Positions 49,377-60,481 are shown, counted from the first letter of the stretch. The stretch is 64,000 nt of DNA from an uncultured Elusimicrobia bacterium (GCA_963702895.1 OY969767.1:2528001-2592000), one strand, 5' to 3'. Notes: generated by a model not told the origin, from the letters alone. A program made the numbers and translations.

Positions 49377-49958
49377 TTAGGGGGAGAGGCGGGCGATCTT
49401 CCATGAGCCATCCGTCTTCGTGTAGAGAAAGCGGTCATGCAGGCGGCTGGCACGGCTGCGCCAGAATTCAATTTTTCTTGGGAGGATGCGGACGCCGGTC
49501 CAATGGGGCGGGCGCGGCACGGGCCCCACGCCGAACTTGAGAGCATATTTCGCCACGTCCTTCAAAAGGAGAGCGCGACTGGGAAGAGGCTCACTTTGCT
49601 GAGAAGCCCAGGCCCCCAGTTGCGCCAGACGCGGACGGGTTTCCCAATAAACGTCCGCCTCTCCATCGGAAACAACCTCGGTCTCTCCCTGGATGCGCAC
49701 CTGGCGCTCGAGCGGCACCCAATGAAAAGTCAAGGCTGCTTGAGGTGTCTTGGCGAGGGCCTGGCCCTTCACGGAATGCAGATTGGTATAGAACACGAAA
49801 CCGCGCTCGTCAAAGTCTTTGAGCAACACCATCCGCCCATCCGGGAAACCCTCGAGATCCACCGTCGAGAGGCAGGCGGCCGTCGCGTCCTCGATGCCTT
49901 TCGTGTGCCGCGCCGCCTCAAACCACGCCTTAAATTGTTCGACCGGATTGATCTTCAT
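49377..49958 (-). CDS. pdxH: Pyridoxamine 5'-phosphate oxidase
   Basis: RMVLLK, FYTN, RQVRIQG, ASQQS, EFW...RLHDR, RLSP. Confidence 0.95.
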   Translation of the reverse strand: MKINPVEQFKAWFEAARHTKGIEDATAACLSTVDLEGFPDGRMVLLKDFDERGFVFYTNLHSVKGQALAKTPQAALTFHWVPLERQVRIQGETEVVSDGEADVYWETRPRLAQLGAWASQQSEPLPSRALLLKDVAKYALKFGVGPVPRPPHWTGVRILPRKIEFWRSRASRLHDRFLYTKTDGSWKIARLSP

Positions 49959-50033
49959 GAGAGCCTAGATTATACACGCCGAGAATATTCGATTGATCGA
50001 ATTCTATCGTCGCTGATGCCCGGACTTGATTGT

Positions 50034-50144
50034 CCCCCTCTCCCGCCGTGAGGCGGGAGAGGCTCAGGGTGAGGGCACGCTCGTTAAGCTCGACGAATAT
50101 CTGCCCTCACCCCCGCCCTCTCCCACGTTCCGCGGGAGAGGGAG
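50034..50144. repeat. Inverted pair of CCCTC(A/T)CCC-type REPs
   Basis: CCCTCTCCCGCC...GGGTGAGGGC / GCCCTCACCC...GGGAGAGGG; homologue at 57826-57925. Confidence 0.75.
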
Positions 50145-50194
50145 ATAATGGGCAAGCCGCGTTGCCGGAAACCTCGAAGACAAGGGAGGCGCGT

Positions 50195-50935
50195 TTAAAT
50201 GATTTCGACGGAGGATTCGGGGACCCAGCCGCGAAGGCCTTCCCGCGGCACGCCGATTTGGCGCCAGCCCTGAATGGGCTCTTGCTCCTCCAGGATGATG
50301 ACGCGATGTCCTTCCGGCACCGTAAAGTTGGCAGGGTACGTGGTGCTCGGTCCGCTGCGCACTTCCGCGACGGAAGACACCACAACCCCGCGCGGATGCT
50401 CCAGAACATAGATCCTGGCGGCAAGCCATGCGGCTGACATCAAAAACAGAATTCCGGCCAGCGCCGAGAGCTCCGCCCGCAACAGGGGCCGACCGGCCAG
50501 CGCGAAACCAAACCCCACTCCCAGAACGAGAAAAAGCAATGACACGAGCACCGTCCAGGTGTTGATCGAAAGAAAATAGAAGATCCGCCAGGCGAGCAGC
50601 ACGAGCGCGCTTGAAGGAAGCCGCGGGTCGCCCGCCTTGGACGTGGCGAGACCGAGATTGTAGATCACATCGGACTGACTGGAATTCATGCGGAAAGCTC
50701 TTTCATAGTGAAGAATGGCCTTCCCCCATTGACCCTGACGATAATAGGCATTGCCCAGATTGTATTCGAGAACCCAGTGCTTCTGCCCGGCCTGAGCCGC
50801 TGTCTCATACTGCTGCGCGCTTTCGGCAAACTTTCCTCCCGCGTAGAGCGTATGGCCCGCCTGAAAAGGATCCCCCGCGGCGACGGCCAAGGAGGGAGCT
50901 GAGAGCAAGGCGCAGAGCAGAATCAATTTTTCCAT
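50195..50935 (-). CDS. batE: BatE-like TPR/SH3 protein
   Basis: YNLGNAYY...AILHYERA, TM segments, VRSGP...GWV. Confidence 0.8.
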   Translation of the reverse strand: MEKLILLCALLSAPSLAVAAGDPFQAGHTLYAGGKFAESAQQYETAAQAGQKHWVLEYNLGNAYYRQGQWGKAILHYERAFRMNSSQSDVIYNLGLATSKAGDPRLPSSALVLLAWRIFYFLSINTWTVLVSLLFLVLGVGFGFALAGRPLLRAELSALAGILFLMSAAWLAARIYVLEHPRGVVVSSVAEVRSGPSTTYPANFTVPEGHRVIILEEQEPIQGWRQIGVPREGLRGWVPESSVEII

Positions 50936-52932
50936 TGAACTTCCTTTTCCACTTCTTCCAGGACATGGCTCACCCGCTCCAGAGAGGACCGAATATCCTC
51001 GGCTTGAACCTGCGCTGGCGCGAACTGATAAAGATCGAGCGTTTCCCAAATGTTGCGGATCTTTTCGCCGGAATGATCGCTTAAGCCCCGCGCTTTGAGG
51101 GCATCGACAATCTGCTTCAGGGACCTCGTGCGCGTGCCGATCCCGAGTTTGGCGGCAAGATATTCCTGCAGCACATTGGCCAGGTGGCTGCCGGCTCCCT
51201 TCATGTCCCGACGGGACAAGCACTCTTCGGTCTTTCGGATATCGCCCTGGGCTCGTTCAAAGGCCTTCCGAAATCTGTATAAGGCGGTGTTGGACATAAA
51301 AAGCCGGAAGTAGAGACGCGCCGCTCCACCGAGAGCGAGCAGCCCGACCAGAATAAGGTGAAGCACCCTGTACCAGGTTCTTCGGTACAGTGGTTCGCCC
51401 GCGGACGAGATCGAATCCGGGGTGTGAATGTAGCGGATATCCTCCCCCAGTCTCTTGATCCCTGGCTGGGCGAATCCGGAAAGCGGCGCCCCGGATGCCC
51501 CAGCGGGACCCACGACCCCCATGGAGCCGTCCGGTGCGGGCGACACATGGACCACCAGGGGTCGCGAGCGTGCGGTGCGATAAGCATGCTCGGAAAGGTC
51601 AAAATACGTAAAGGAAATCTGCGGGATCGTGAGATCACCCGAAGCCGTGGGAATGAGAACGGTCTTGAACACCTTGGAGCCTTCCACGGTGCCCTCTTTT
51701 TTCTCGATGTTGGTGGCCGCGCTCGCGTCAAAGGTGCGGAAATTGGTGAGGGACGGAAGCGGCAGGTCAGGGATCGACTTGATATGCCCGCGCCCCGCGA
51801 TCGTCAAGGAGAGCGTGAGCGGCTGGCCCACGGCAATTTTGGGCTTGTCGACCTGCGCGGACAGAGAGTAGGTTCCGACCGCGCCGCTAAAATCCGCAGG
51901 CTTCGGCGACGGGAGGGCCTTGACGTGGATGGAGATGGGTTCGGTGCGCAGCTCCTTTTCTTCGCCCCGGCCAAAAAATTGTGCAAAGAAATTGCTCCCA
52001 AAAGGATCCGTGCCGAAATTCTCGAGGTTCACGTTCAAACGCGCCGAACCGATCTGCGACTTTCCAGGCGCGCTCGGGAAAAGAGCGGTGCGGACCTCCG
52101 TGACGTTATAGGGCATCCCTTTGTAGCTGGTCGTAAAATTGCGCTGGGGCGGAAGGTCTTCCGTCCAGAAGCCTGTCATCTCAGGCGGCTGATAGCGGGG
52201 CTGGCTGAGCAGTGGCACACGGTTGAAGAGCCTGAACGTAAAGACAAGCGGTTCGCCGACATAAACAGACGCCTTATCGACTGTCCCCGCGATAAAGACA
52301 GCGTGTGCTCCTTGTCCTGGAGGGGCCGGGCGCGCGGCGCCTTCGGGACGCGCAGAACCTTGGACCGCAGAAGGATCGCCGCGCGTCACCACCAAGGCGA
52401 GCGCGGAAGATTCCACGGTTTGTCCCTGCTCGCTCACGCGCACGGGGGGAATGTTGAACTGCCCTTCTTTCGAAGGCGTCAGGACAAAATTATGCGTGAC
52501 GTTGGAAGACGCTTTGCCATTGATCCAGGTAAAGTTCTGAGAACGCCCGGCGTTGTAAACCTGAAAATCCGGCAGAGCCGGCAATTGCGGGTCCGGCAGA
52601 TTGCCGCCCGCGCCCGAAACGGTGACGGAAAGCACAGCCTGTTCGGTTGTGGTGATTGGGTTGCGATCGAGACTCGCCGAGACCTGCAGGTCACCCGCTT
52701 GAGCATGGCCTGCACAAACGATCAGCCATCCCGCCATCATCAGTGGCGGGACGAATCGGCGAACCGGCGAACCGGCGAACCGGGGACACGGCGTCACGGA
52801 GTAACGGTGTATCGGGGTATCGGGGTATCGGCTGTGACTCCGATACTCCGATACTCCGACACCCCGACACCGGTTTTCCGCCGATACGCCGACGCGCCGA
52901 CTCGCCGATTCGATCCTGTTACCAGTCTTCAT
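50923..52932 (-). CDS. batD: BatD-family protein with an N-terminal repeat insertion
   Basis: SQNFTWINGK, VYVGEP, FSGAVG, YFD. Confidence 0.85.
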   Translation of the reverse strand: MKTGNRIESASRRVGVSAENRCRGVGVSEYRSHSRYPDTPIHRYSVTPCPRFAGSPVRRFVPPLMMAGWLIVCAGHAQAGDLQVSASLDRNPITTTEQAVLSVTVSGAGGNLPDPQLPALPDFQVYNAGRSQNFTWINGKASSNVTHNFVLTPSKEGQFNIPPVRVSEQGQTVESSALALVVTRGDPSAVQGSARPEGAARPAPPGQGAHAVFIAGTVDKASVYVGEPLVFTFRLFNRVPLLSQPRYQPPEMTGFWTEDLPPQRNFTTSYKGMPYNVTEVRTALFPSAPGKSQIGSARLNVNLENFGTDPFGSNFFAQFFGRGEEKELRTEPISIHVKALPSPKPADFSGAVGTYSLSAQVDKPKIAVGQPLTLSLTIAGRGHIKSIPDLPLPSLTNFRTFDASAATNIEKKEGTVEGSKVFKTVLIPTASGDLTIPQISFTYFDLSEHAYRTARSRPLVVHVSPAPDGSMGVVGPAGASGAPLSGFAQPGIKRLGEDIRYIHTPDSISSAGEPLYRRTWYRVLHLILVGLLALGGAARLYFRLFMSNTALYRFRKAFERAQGDIRKTEECLSRRDMKGAGSHLANVLQEYLAAKLGIGTRTRSLKQIVDALKARGLSDHSGEKIRNIWETLDLYQFAPAQVQAEDIRSSLERVSHVLEEVEKEVQWKN
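52750..52916. repeat. Nested octamer-repeat hairpin in the batD 5' coding region
   Basis: GAACCGGC x3, GTATCGGG x3, CCGATACT/CCGACACC x4, CGCCGA repeats. Confidence 0.85.
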
Positions 52933-53659
52933 CTCGTGTAGGCACTCCTGGCTTGGCTGCTTGCTGATTCCCTTTCTTCTTCTCATTGGAAGCGGCGGCG
53001 GAAAGAAGCCTCTCCGCATCTTCCTTGCTCATTCCGCCTTCGCGCGAGGCTTCGGCGGACGAGTTGTCCTTCTTTCCGGATGACGCGCCTTTGTTCTGAT
53101 CCTGCTTGGGCGGCTTGCCCGCCGAAGCTTTAGCGGAGGCGGGAGGGTTTTTCATCGCCTTGAGCGCAACGCCCAAATTATACTTTGCGTCCTCGTCTTG
53201 CGGGTTGGCGCGCAGGCTGTCTTTGAAAGCCTCGACGGCTTCTTCCCACTTGCCCTGATAAAAGAGGGCGTTCCCCCGATTGTAGTGGCTCGCGCCGCGC
53301 AGGATGGGGTTGGCCGATTTGGCTGCTTCAGTAAAGGAAACCTCTGCTTTCGGGAATTCCCCCATCATCATCGTGGCGTCCCCGGCGTTGAAGTGGAGGA
53401 TGGCGGAATACGGCGCATCAATGAGGCCGTCCTGATAGAGCTCGAGCGCCCTCTCGTAATGGCCATTCTTAAACTGGCGGTTGCCTTCCTTGAGCTGAGA
53501 CGGGGAGGCGCCAAAAGCAGGGGGCAGGGGGCACAGGAGAGGGAACAGGAGAAAAATGCCAAAGCAGACCGACGAAAGCAAAGAATGGAAAGCAGAGCGT
53601 TTTGCTTTCGCTTCTCTGCTTTCGTTTCTCTGCTTTGATCGTTCAGCTTTCCTGTCCAA
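52919..53659 (-). CDS. batC: BatC-like TPR protein
   Basis: EGNRQFK, HYNRGNA, DAKYNL, MSKEDAERLL...DW; start uncertain. Confidence 0.8.
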   Translation of the reverse strand: MDRKAERSKQRNESREAKAKRSAFHSLLSSVCFGIFLLFPLLCPLPPAFGASPSQLKEGNRQFKNGHYERALELYQDGLIDAPYSAILHFNAGDATMMMGEFPKAEVSFTEAAKSANPILRGASHYNRGNALFYQGKWEEAVEAFKDSLRANPQDEDAKYNLGVALKAMKNPPASAKASAGKPPKQDQNKGASSGKKDNSSAEASREGGMSKEDAERLLSAAASNEKKKGNQQAAKPGVPTRDEDW

Positions 53660-53699
53660 GGCCGTTCCCTTTCCCCTTTCCCCTGTCCTCTATTCCCTG
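53518..53699. repeat. Nested short-repeat hairpin at the batB/batC junction
   Basis: Outer CAGGGGG-like versus TCCCCTG-like heptamers; inner AAAGCA versus TGCTTT repeats. Confidence 0.7.
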
Positions 53700-54709
53700 A
53701 CCATGGTCTTCCATCCCTGCTCCGGGATCACGAGGCTCGCAAGCAAAAGCAGAAGGCCCAGCGCGAGCGGCCACTGATATCGGTTTTCAAACCGGTTAAA
53801 AAGGCGCGACTTCTGATCGCCCTGCTCAAGCGCTTCCAGGCGCCGAACGAGCTCATCGACCTCATCTCCGACGGGGCTCGCCCGCAGATAGTGGCCGCCT
53901 GTTTCCTGCGCCAGATCGAGCAGCGTCTTCTCATCCAGACGGCTCAGCACCACGTCTCCTTTTTTATCACGTTTATAGCCCGCGCGATGGCCCTGGACAT
54001 CGATGACCGGGATAGGCTCTCCCTGCGGAGTGCCGATTCCGATGGGAAAAATCTTCACTCCCGCCTTGGCCGCTTCCTTGGCGGCGCCTCGAGGATCGCT
54101 CTTATGATCTTCGCCGTCCGTGAGGAGCACGAGGACACGGTGTTGCCCTTCGCCGGCCCGCAGGCCCTTGGCCGTCACGCGGATGGCATCTCCAAGGACC
54201 GTGCCTGGGATGGGAACGGTGCCGGTATCCACCGTTTCCAGGATATCCTTGGCCGCATTCTCATCCACCGTGAGCGGGCACTGCACATAGGCCTGACCGG
54301 CGAAGGCGATGATCCCGATGCGGCTTCCGGCAAGCCGGTCGATGAGCTGCCCTAAAATCAATTTGGCATGCGCCATACGGCTGGGCTTAAAGTCCTCCGC
54401 CTGCATGGACAGCGAGCAGTCGACCGCGATAAAGATATCCAGCCCCTTCTGCTTGTATTCGACGAGTTTCGAGCCAATGAGGGGGCCCGCTAGAGCGATC
54501 ACGAGGAACAAAAGCCCCGTCGTTCGCAAGTGCTCGGTCAAGCGTCTGCGGCGCTCGAGAGCCTCCGGCAGCATGCGCGCGATCGTCGACGGCTCTCCCA
54601 GGATCTGAAAGGCCTTCCTTCGCCTGCGCCGCAGCAATCCGTGGCCGATCGAAAGAGCCGCGACCGCCGCCAGCCATAGAAACATCGAAGGATAAGCGAA
54701 ATAGTTCAT
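53690..54709 (-). CDS. batB: BatB-like VWA protein
   Basis: DCSLSM, PSRM, CPLTVD, LTDGEDH. Confidence 0.88.
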   Translation of the reverse strand: MNYFAYPSMFLWLAAVAALSIGHGLLRRRRRKAFQILGEPSTIARMLPEALERRRRLTEHLRTTGLLFLVIALAGPLIGSKLVEYKQKGLDIFIAVDCSLSMQAEDFKPSRMAHAKLILGQLIDRLAGSRIGIIAFAGQAYVQCPLTVDENAAKDILETVDTGTVPIPGTVLGDAIRVTAKGLRAGEGQHRVLVLLTDGEDHKSDPRGAAKEAAKAGVKIFPIGIGTPQGEPIPVIDVQGHRAGYKRDKKGDVVLSRLDEKTLLDLAQETGGHYLRASPVGDEVDELVRRLEALEQGDQKSRLFNRFENRYQWPLALGLLLLLASLVIPEQGWKTMVRE

Positions 54710-54739
54710 CTATTCCTCATCATTTAGATCGCTTACGCC

Positions 54740-54954
54740 GTCATTCCGGCGAAAGCCGTCCCCCTTACGACCGGGGGACTGTCCCTTCCTATGATCTCTA
54801 GGGATGGGGACGGAATCCAGAACAGCATCGACGAACTGGACCCCGGGTCTCCACAAGACCGGCGACCCTCCGCCACACGACAGGCGGAGAGCGCCGGGTG
54901 TGTGGCGCTCGGCCCGCCGGATGTGTGGAGGGCCGGCTTTCGCCGGGGTGACGA
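54740..54954. repeat. Inverted REP pair with nested twin-hairpin insertions
   Basis: GTCATTCCGGCGAAAGCCG|54759-54812|GAATCCAG ... CTGGACCCC|nested inserts|CGGCTTTCGCCGGGGTGAC. Confidence 0.8.
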
Positions 54955-54963
54955 CTTTGGAAC

Positions 54964-55956
54964 TCATGGAACGGTCCTCCAGATCGTCAGCTTCAATCCG
55001 TAGCCTGCACACAAAAGCATCATCGCGAAGAGAAGCCATCCCAAGTAGTGATCGCGATATTCCCGGATCGAGGGCCCTTTGATCTCTGTTTTTTCCAGGC
55101 TGTCGATCTCCTGATAGATAGCGTCAAACTCTTTGGTACTGGCGGCACGGTAATATCGGCCGCCGGTCGCGCGGGCAATGTCTTCGAGTCCTGGCTCATC
55201 CAGATCCTCCGGGACGGGAACCAGTTGTTTTCCCCAAACGGTGTCTACGGGAATGACGGATTGTCCGCGTATGCCCACGCCGATCGTGTAAATCCGGATG
55301 CCGAGGCCCGCCGCGGCTTTGGCCGCGGTGGCGGGATCGATTTCGCCAGAATTCGACCGTCCGTCGGTCACAAGAATAATCACCTTGCTCTTGGCGGTGG
55401 AACGCTTCAGATGATGAGCGGCGGTCGCGATCGCTGTTCCGATCGCGGTGTTTTCCGTGGAGGTGATACCGACTTCGACCTGGTCCAGAAACTCCAGGAG
55501 CGCCCCATAATCGAGCGTCATGGGACATTGCAAGAGGGACACCCCCGCGAAGGCCACCAGGCCAATCCGGTCAAACTGCCGGTGCGAAATGAACGTCTTG
55601 GTCGCCTGCTTGGCGACCGCCATGCGGTCCTTGGGATTAAAGTCCAGCGCCCGCATGGACCCCGAGGTATCGAGCGCCGCGATGATGTCAATGCCGCGAG
55701 CTTTGGCCTCATCGCCCTTCATGACGGTCCTCGGCCGGGCCAGCGCCACGATGGCCAGTGCCAGCCCCCCATAGACCAGGAACTCTGGCACCTTCCGGAA
55801 GCGCGTCCGCCAGGTGACGGGCAAGGGCGAAAGGATCTGCAGGTGCGGAAACGGCAGGCGCGCGACATACGCTGCTGTTTTTTTCTCGCGAAGCGCGATG
55901 ATCAGCCCCAGTGGCACAAGCAGAAGGAAAGCCATCGGATTTCCAAAATTCATCAT
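54964..55956 (-). CDS. batA: BatA-like VWA protein
   Basis: ALARP, DTSGSM, DRIGLVAF, TAIG, VTDGRSNSG. Confidence 0.9.
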   Translation of the reverse strand: MMNFGNPMAFLLLVPLGLIIALREKKTAAYVARLPFPHLQILSPLPVTWRTRFRKVPEFLVYGGLALAIVALARPRTVMKGDEAKARGIDIIAALDTSGSMRALDFNPKDRMAVAKQATKTFISHRQFDRIGLVAFAGVSLLQCPMTLDYGALLEFLDQVEVGITSTENTAIGTAIATAAHHLKRSTAKSKVIILVTDGRSNSGEIDPATAAKAAAGLGIRIYTIGVGIRGQSVIPVDTVWGKQLVPVPEDLDEPGLEDIARATGGRYYRAASTKEFDAIYQEIDSLEKTEIKGPSIREYRDHYLGWLLFAMMLLCAGYGLKLTIWRTVP

Positions 55957-55971
55957 ATTCCTTTACCCTGT

Positions 55972-56051
55972 CGTCACCCCGGCGGATTGTAAGCCGGGGT
56001 CTATCATGGATGTTAAATGCCACGGTGGATCCCGGCGTTCGCCGGGATGAC
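55972..56051. repeat. Inverted REP pair
   Basis: GTCACCCCGGCGGATTGTAAGCCGGGGTC...GGATCCCGGCGTTCGCCGGGATGAC; homologue at 58971-59054. Confidence 0.75.
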
Positions 56052-56080
56052 GGCAAAAACAGAAACGCGGAATGAGGTTC

Positions 56081-56959
56081 CTATGCATTGTTTCGCTCAG
56101 GTCTCGTATTCTCCACAAACGCAACTGCGATTTTATGAGCCAGCGTTGCCTCGGTGGTATCCGGACGGAGCTTGGCGAATTTTACCAGGTCGCAGATCTC
56201 CAGAAGATCCTTCAGTTCAACCTGGTTTTGCATGGGTAATTCCTGAACCCGGCGAAGGTCACGCATGAGTTCGCTCGTGGTGCGCTCGAGCGCCGGTGTC
56301 TGGAAAGCTCCTTCGATATAGGCACGGACAATCTCGGAAAGCGCGATGTAGAACTCCTTGATCTTTCCGCTCGCCAGCCAGTCGCTCCGCAACAGGTCCT
56401 CCAGTTTCTGCATTGCGTCGATGTCCGCGGGGACAGGGGGAGGCGGCGGCGGGCCCTGAAGCGCTCGCTTCCGCTTGCGCCAGAGCAGGAAGCCGACAGC
56501 GCAGAGCAGCGCCGCGGCAAGGAACCACCACCCAGGAGACCAAGCGGTGGGGCCGATGACGCCTTTGATGCCGCGAATGTCGTTTGTGTCTTTGGGGCCG
56601 GGCGGGACCTCTTCGATCGTGACGGTGAGCGGCGGGGTTGTGAGCGTATGGGCTTTGCCCATGGGGTCGCGATAGTTGAGGTCAAGGCCCGGCAAGGTCT
56701 GTTGCCCTGTCGTAAAGTTTTGCAGGGTCGCCTGGAAGCGCTCCACGGCTTTGTCCCCCGACAACTCGGCCGCCAAGCGCGTGCTGGCATAAACTTCAAA
56801 GGTGCCGAGGCTCTTTGAGAATTGAGGGGCGTCCACCTGAAGCGCCTGATGGTGAGTCACGCGAATGGAGAGATTGACCAAATCTCCGAGTTTGGCGGTG
56901 GAGGGATCCACCTGGGCCTGAACTGACGGCGCTTCGATGTCAGCGAAATCGTTTGACAC
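56081..56959 (-). CDS. Bat-operon membrane-anchored hypothetical protein
   Basis: Ig-like N-terminus, DIRGIK, TM segment, ALERTTSEL, DLVKFAK. Confidence 0.75.
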   Translation of the reverse strand: MSNDFADIEAPSVQAQVDPSTAKLGDLVNLSIRVTHHQALQVDAPQFSKSLGTFEVYASTRLAAELSGDKAVERFQATLQNFTTGQQTLPGLDLNYRDPMGKAHTLTTPPLTVTIEEVPPGPKDTNDIRGIKGVIGPTAWSPGWWFLAAALLCAVGFLLWRKRKRALQGPPPPPPVPADIDAMQKLEDLLRSDWLASGKIKEFYIALSEIVRAYIEGAFQTPALERTTSELMRDLRRVQELPMQNQVELKDLLEICDLVKFAKLRPDTTEATLAHKIAVAFVENTRPERNNA

Positions 56960-57815
56960 GGTTTTGGAAGAAGCGGAGAAGCGGGATCACAAAGGACTTC
57001 TCCGTGGTCAGGACAATATGGTCAATGCCGTGACGCGCCAGCAGCTCATCCAGAGACTTCTGGCGAAGCATGGCCTCTTTGGCAAAGCGCGAACGCACGG
57101 CTTGATCGGAGGTATCCAGACAAAGCCTTCGGCTGCTCTCGGCATCGCGCCACTCCAGAAGCCCTGCAGGAGGAAGGGTCGCTTCCCGTGGGTCGCGGAC
57201 TTGAAGAGCGACCAGATCATGGCGTTTGGCTGTCACCGCCAGGAGTCGCTCATCCACGTCATAAAAGTCGGACAAGAGAAAGACAACGGCTTTCCTCTTG
57301 AGCACACGGTTGAGATACCGGAGGGCCTCCTCCATGTGCGTCGCCTGTCGACGAGGAGAAAAATCCAGAATCTCGCGCACGAGTCGCAAGGTATGGAGCC
57401 GCCCTTTCTGGGGACGTACAAATTTTTCCACATGATCCGAAAAGAGGCAAAGCCCCACCTTGTCGTTGTTGCGCATCGCTGAAAACCCGAGCACCGCGGC
57501 CACTTCGGCGGCGAGCTCCGACTTCCACTTGAGCGCGGTGCCGAAGCGCAGGCTCGCGCTGCCATCGATCATGAGCATGACCGTCATTTCGCGTTCGGCA
57601 ACAAATTTCTTCACGTAGGGATGGCCCATGCGCGCGGTGACGTTCCAGTCGATCGAGCGCACCTCGTCGCCGGGGACATACTCGCGCACCTCCGCGAACT
57701 CCATGCCCAGGCCGCGGAACACCGACCCGTACTGGCCCGAGAACACCTCGTTCACGAGCCGGCGGGTCTTAATTTCTAATCGATGGACTTGACTGAGCAG
57801 TTCGCGTGTCAACAT
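56940..57815 (-). CDS. DUF58 family protein
   Basis: GMEFAEVREYVPGDEVRSIDWNVTAR, LLSDF. Confidence 0.93.
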   Translation of the reverse strand: MLTRELLSQVHRLEIKTRRLVNEVFSGQYGSVFRGLGMEFAEVREYVPGDEVRSIDWNVTARMGHPYVKKFVAEREMTVMLMIDGSASLRFGTALKWKSELAAEVAAVLGFSAMRNNDKVGLCLFSDHVEKFVRPQKGRLHTLRLVREILDFSPRRQATHMEEALRYLNRVLKRKAVVFLLSDFYDVDERLLAVTAKRHDLVALQVRDPREATLPPAGLLEWRDAESSRRLCLDTSDQAVRSRFAKEAMLRQKSLDELLARHGIDHIVLTTEKSFVIPLLRFFQNRVKRFR

Positions 57816-57825
57816 GGGATTTAGT

Positions 57826-57925
57826 CCCCCTCTCCCGCGGAACGTGGGAGAGGGCGGGGGTGAGGGCACGACCAGCATGGGCCCTCATCCCAACCTTCTC
57901 CCGCGCTAACGCGGGAGAAGGAGGT
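57826..57925. repeat. Inverted pair of CCCTC(A/T)CCC-type REPs
   Basis: Homologous to 50034-50144. Confidence 0.75.
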
Positions 57926-58915
57926 TTAAGGCACCTCCACAGCAGCAAAAAGTCTGTTCACGACGTCTTCGGAAGTGGTGTTTTCGGCTTCCGCCTCATA
58001 CGTCAGGAGCACGCGGTGCCGCAGGACGTCCGGCCCGACGGCTTTGACGTCCTCCGGCGTCACATAGCCTCGTCCCTGCAGGAAGGCGTAGGCTTTGGCC
58101 GCCTGGGTCATGCAGAGGGTCGCCCGGGGAGAACCGCCGTAAGCGATCAGAGGCTTCAAAGCTTCCAACTTGAACTTTTCCGGGTAGCGTGAGGCGAAGA
58201 CAAGGTCCAGAATATAGTTCTTGAGTTTCTCATCGACATAGATCTCGTTGACCGTCTCGCGCGCGGCCAGGATTTCCCTCGGATGGACCACCGGCTTGAT
58301 GTCGATCGCTCTCCCCGTGGTCATGCGGTCCAGGATCATGCGCTCCTCATCCCGGCTCGGGTAATTCACCTTGAGCTTGAGCATGAAGCGGTCCACCTGG
58401 GCTTCCGGCAAGGGGTAGGTCCCCTCCTGCTCGATCGGGTTCTGGGTCGCCAGCACCAAAAAGGGCTCCGGCAAAGGGAACGTCTGTTCGCCGATCGTCA
58501 CCTGGTGTTCCTGCATCGCCTCCAGGAGCGCGCTTTGGACCTTGGAAGGGGCGCGGTTGATCTCGTCCGCCAATAACAGATTGGTGAAAAGGGGACCTTT
58601 CTTAACGGTAAATTGATTGTCCCTGGGGTTGTAGATTTGAGTCCCGATAAGATCGGCCGGCAGCAGGTCCGGGGTAAATTGAATGCGCGAAAACTGCGTG
58701 TCCACGGCTCTGGCGAGCGTACGCACCGCCAGAGTTTTCGCCAGGCCCGGTACGCCCTCGAGAAGCACATGACCATCTGCCAAAAGCCCGATCAGCATGC
58801 GCTCGATCAGGTAATCCTGACCCACAATGACGCGTCCGATTTCCTGCTTGAGCGCCTGTACGAAGACGCTCGCCTGTTTCACTTTCTCATGAATCGCTCG
58901 AATACTTTGGTCCAT
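57926..58915 (-). CDS. moxR: MoxR family AAA+ ATPase
   Basis: GVPGLAKT, RIQFTPDLLPAD, DEINRA, ATQNPIEQEGTYPLPEAQ. Confidence 0.95.
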   Translation of the reverse strand: MDQSIRAIHEKVKQASVFVQALKQEIGRVIVGQDYLIERMLIGLLADGHVLLEGVPGLAKTLAVRTLARAVDTQFSRIQFTPDLLPADLIGTQIYNPRDNQFTVKKGPLFTNLLLADEINRAPSKVQSALLEAMQEHQVTIGEQTFPLPEPFLVLATQNPIEQEGTYPLPEAQVDRFMLKLKVNYPSRDEERMILDRMTTGRAIDIKPVVHPREILAARETVNEIYVDEKLKNYILDLVFASRYPEKFKLEALKPLIAYGGSPRATLCMTQAAKAYAFLQGRGYVTPEDVKAVGPDVLRHRVLLTYEAEAENTTSEDVVNRLFAAVEVP

Positions 58916-58970
58916 CGTTGTCACCCTCCTTGATGGGTGTGGGATGTAACTTAAGCGATTGCCTCCAGCC

Positions 58971-59054
58971 GTCATCCCGGCGGATTGTTAGCCGGGATCC
59001 ATCACGTCTTATCGCATCCAGGATAGACCCCGGCTTACGACATGCCGGGGTGAC
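58971..59054. repeat. Inverted REP pair
   Basis: GTCATCCCGGCGGATTGTTAGCCGGGATCC...GACCCCGGC...GCCGGGGTGAC. Confidence 0.75.
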
Positions 59055-59125
59055 GTCATAGACAAGTCTCTCATTTTTCGCCCCGCCTCTTCCTTCATCC
59101 TCTCTGGGATAGCATTATTTATATA

Positions 59126-60481
<1,356 letters not shown>

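Noticed and set aside
54710..55039. 109-aa ORF bridging batA and batB
   Set aside because: It is composed almost entirely of REP and twin-hairpin sequence; probably a chance open frame.
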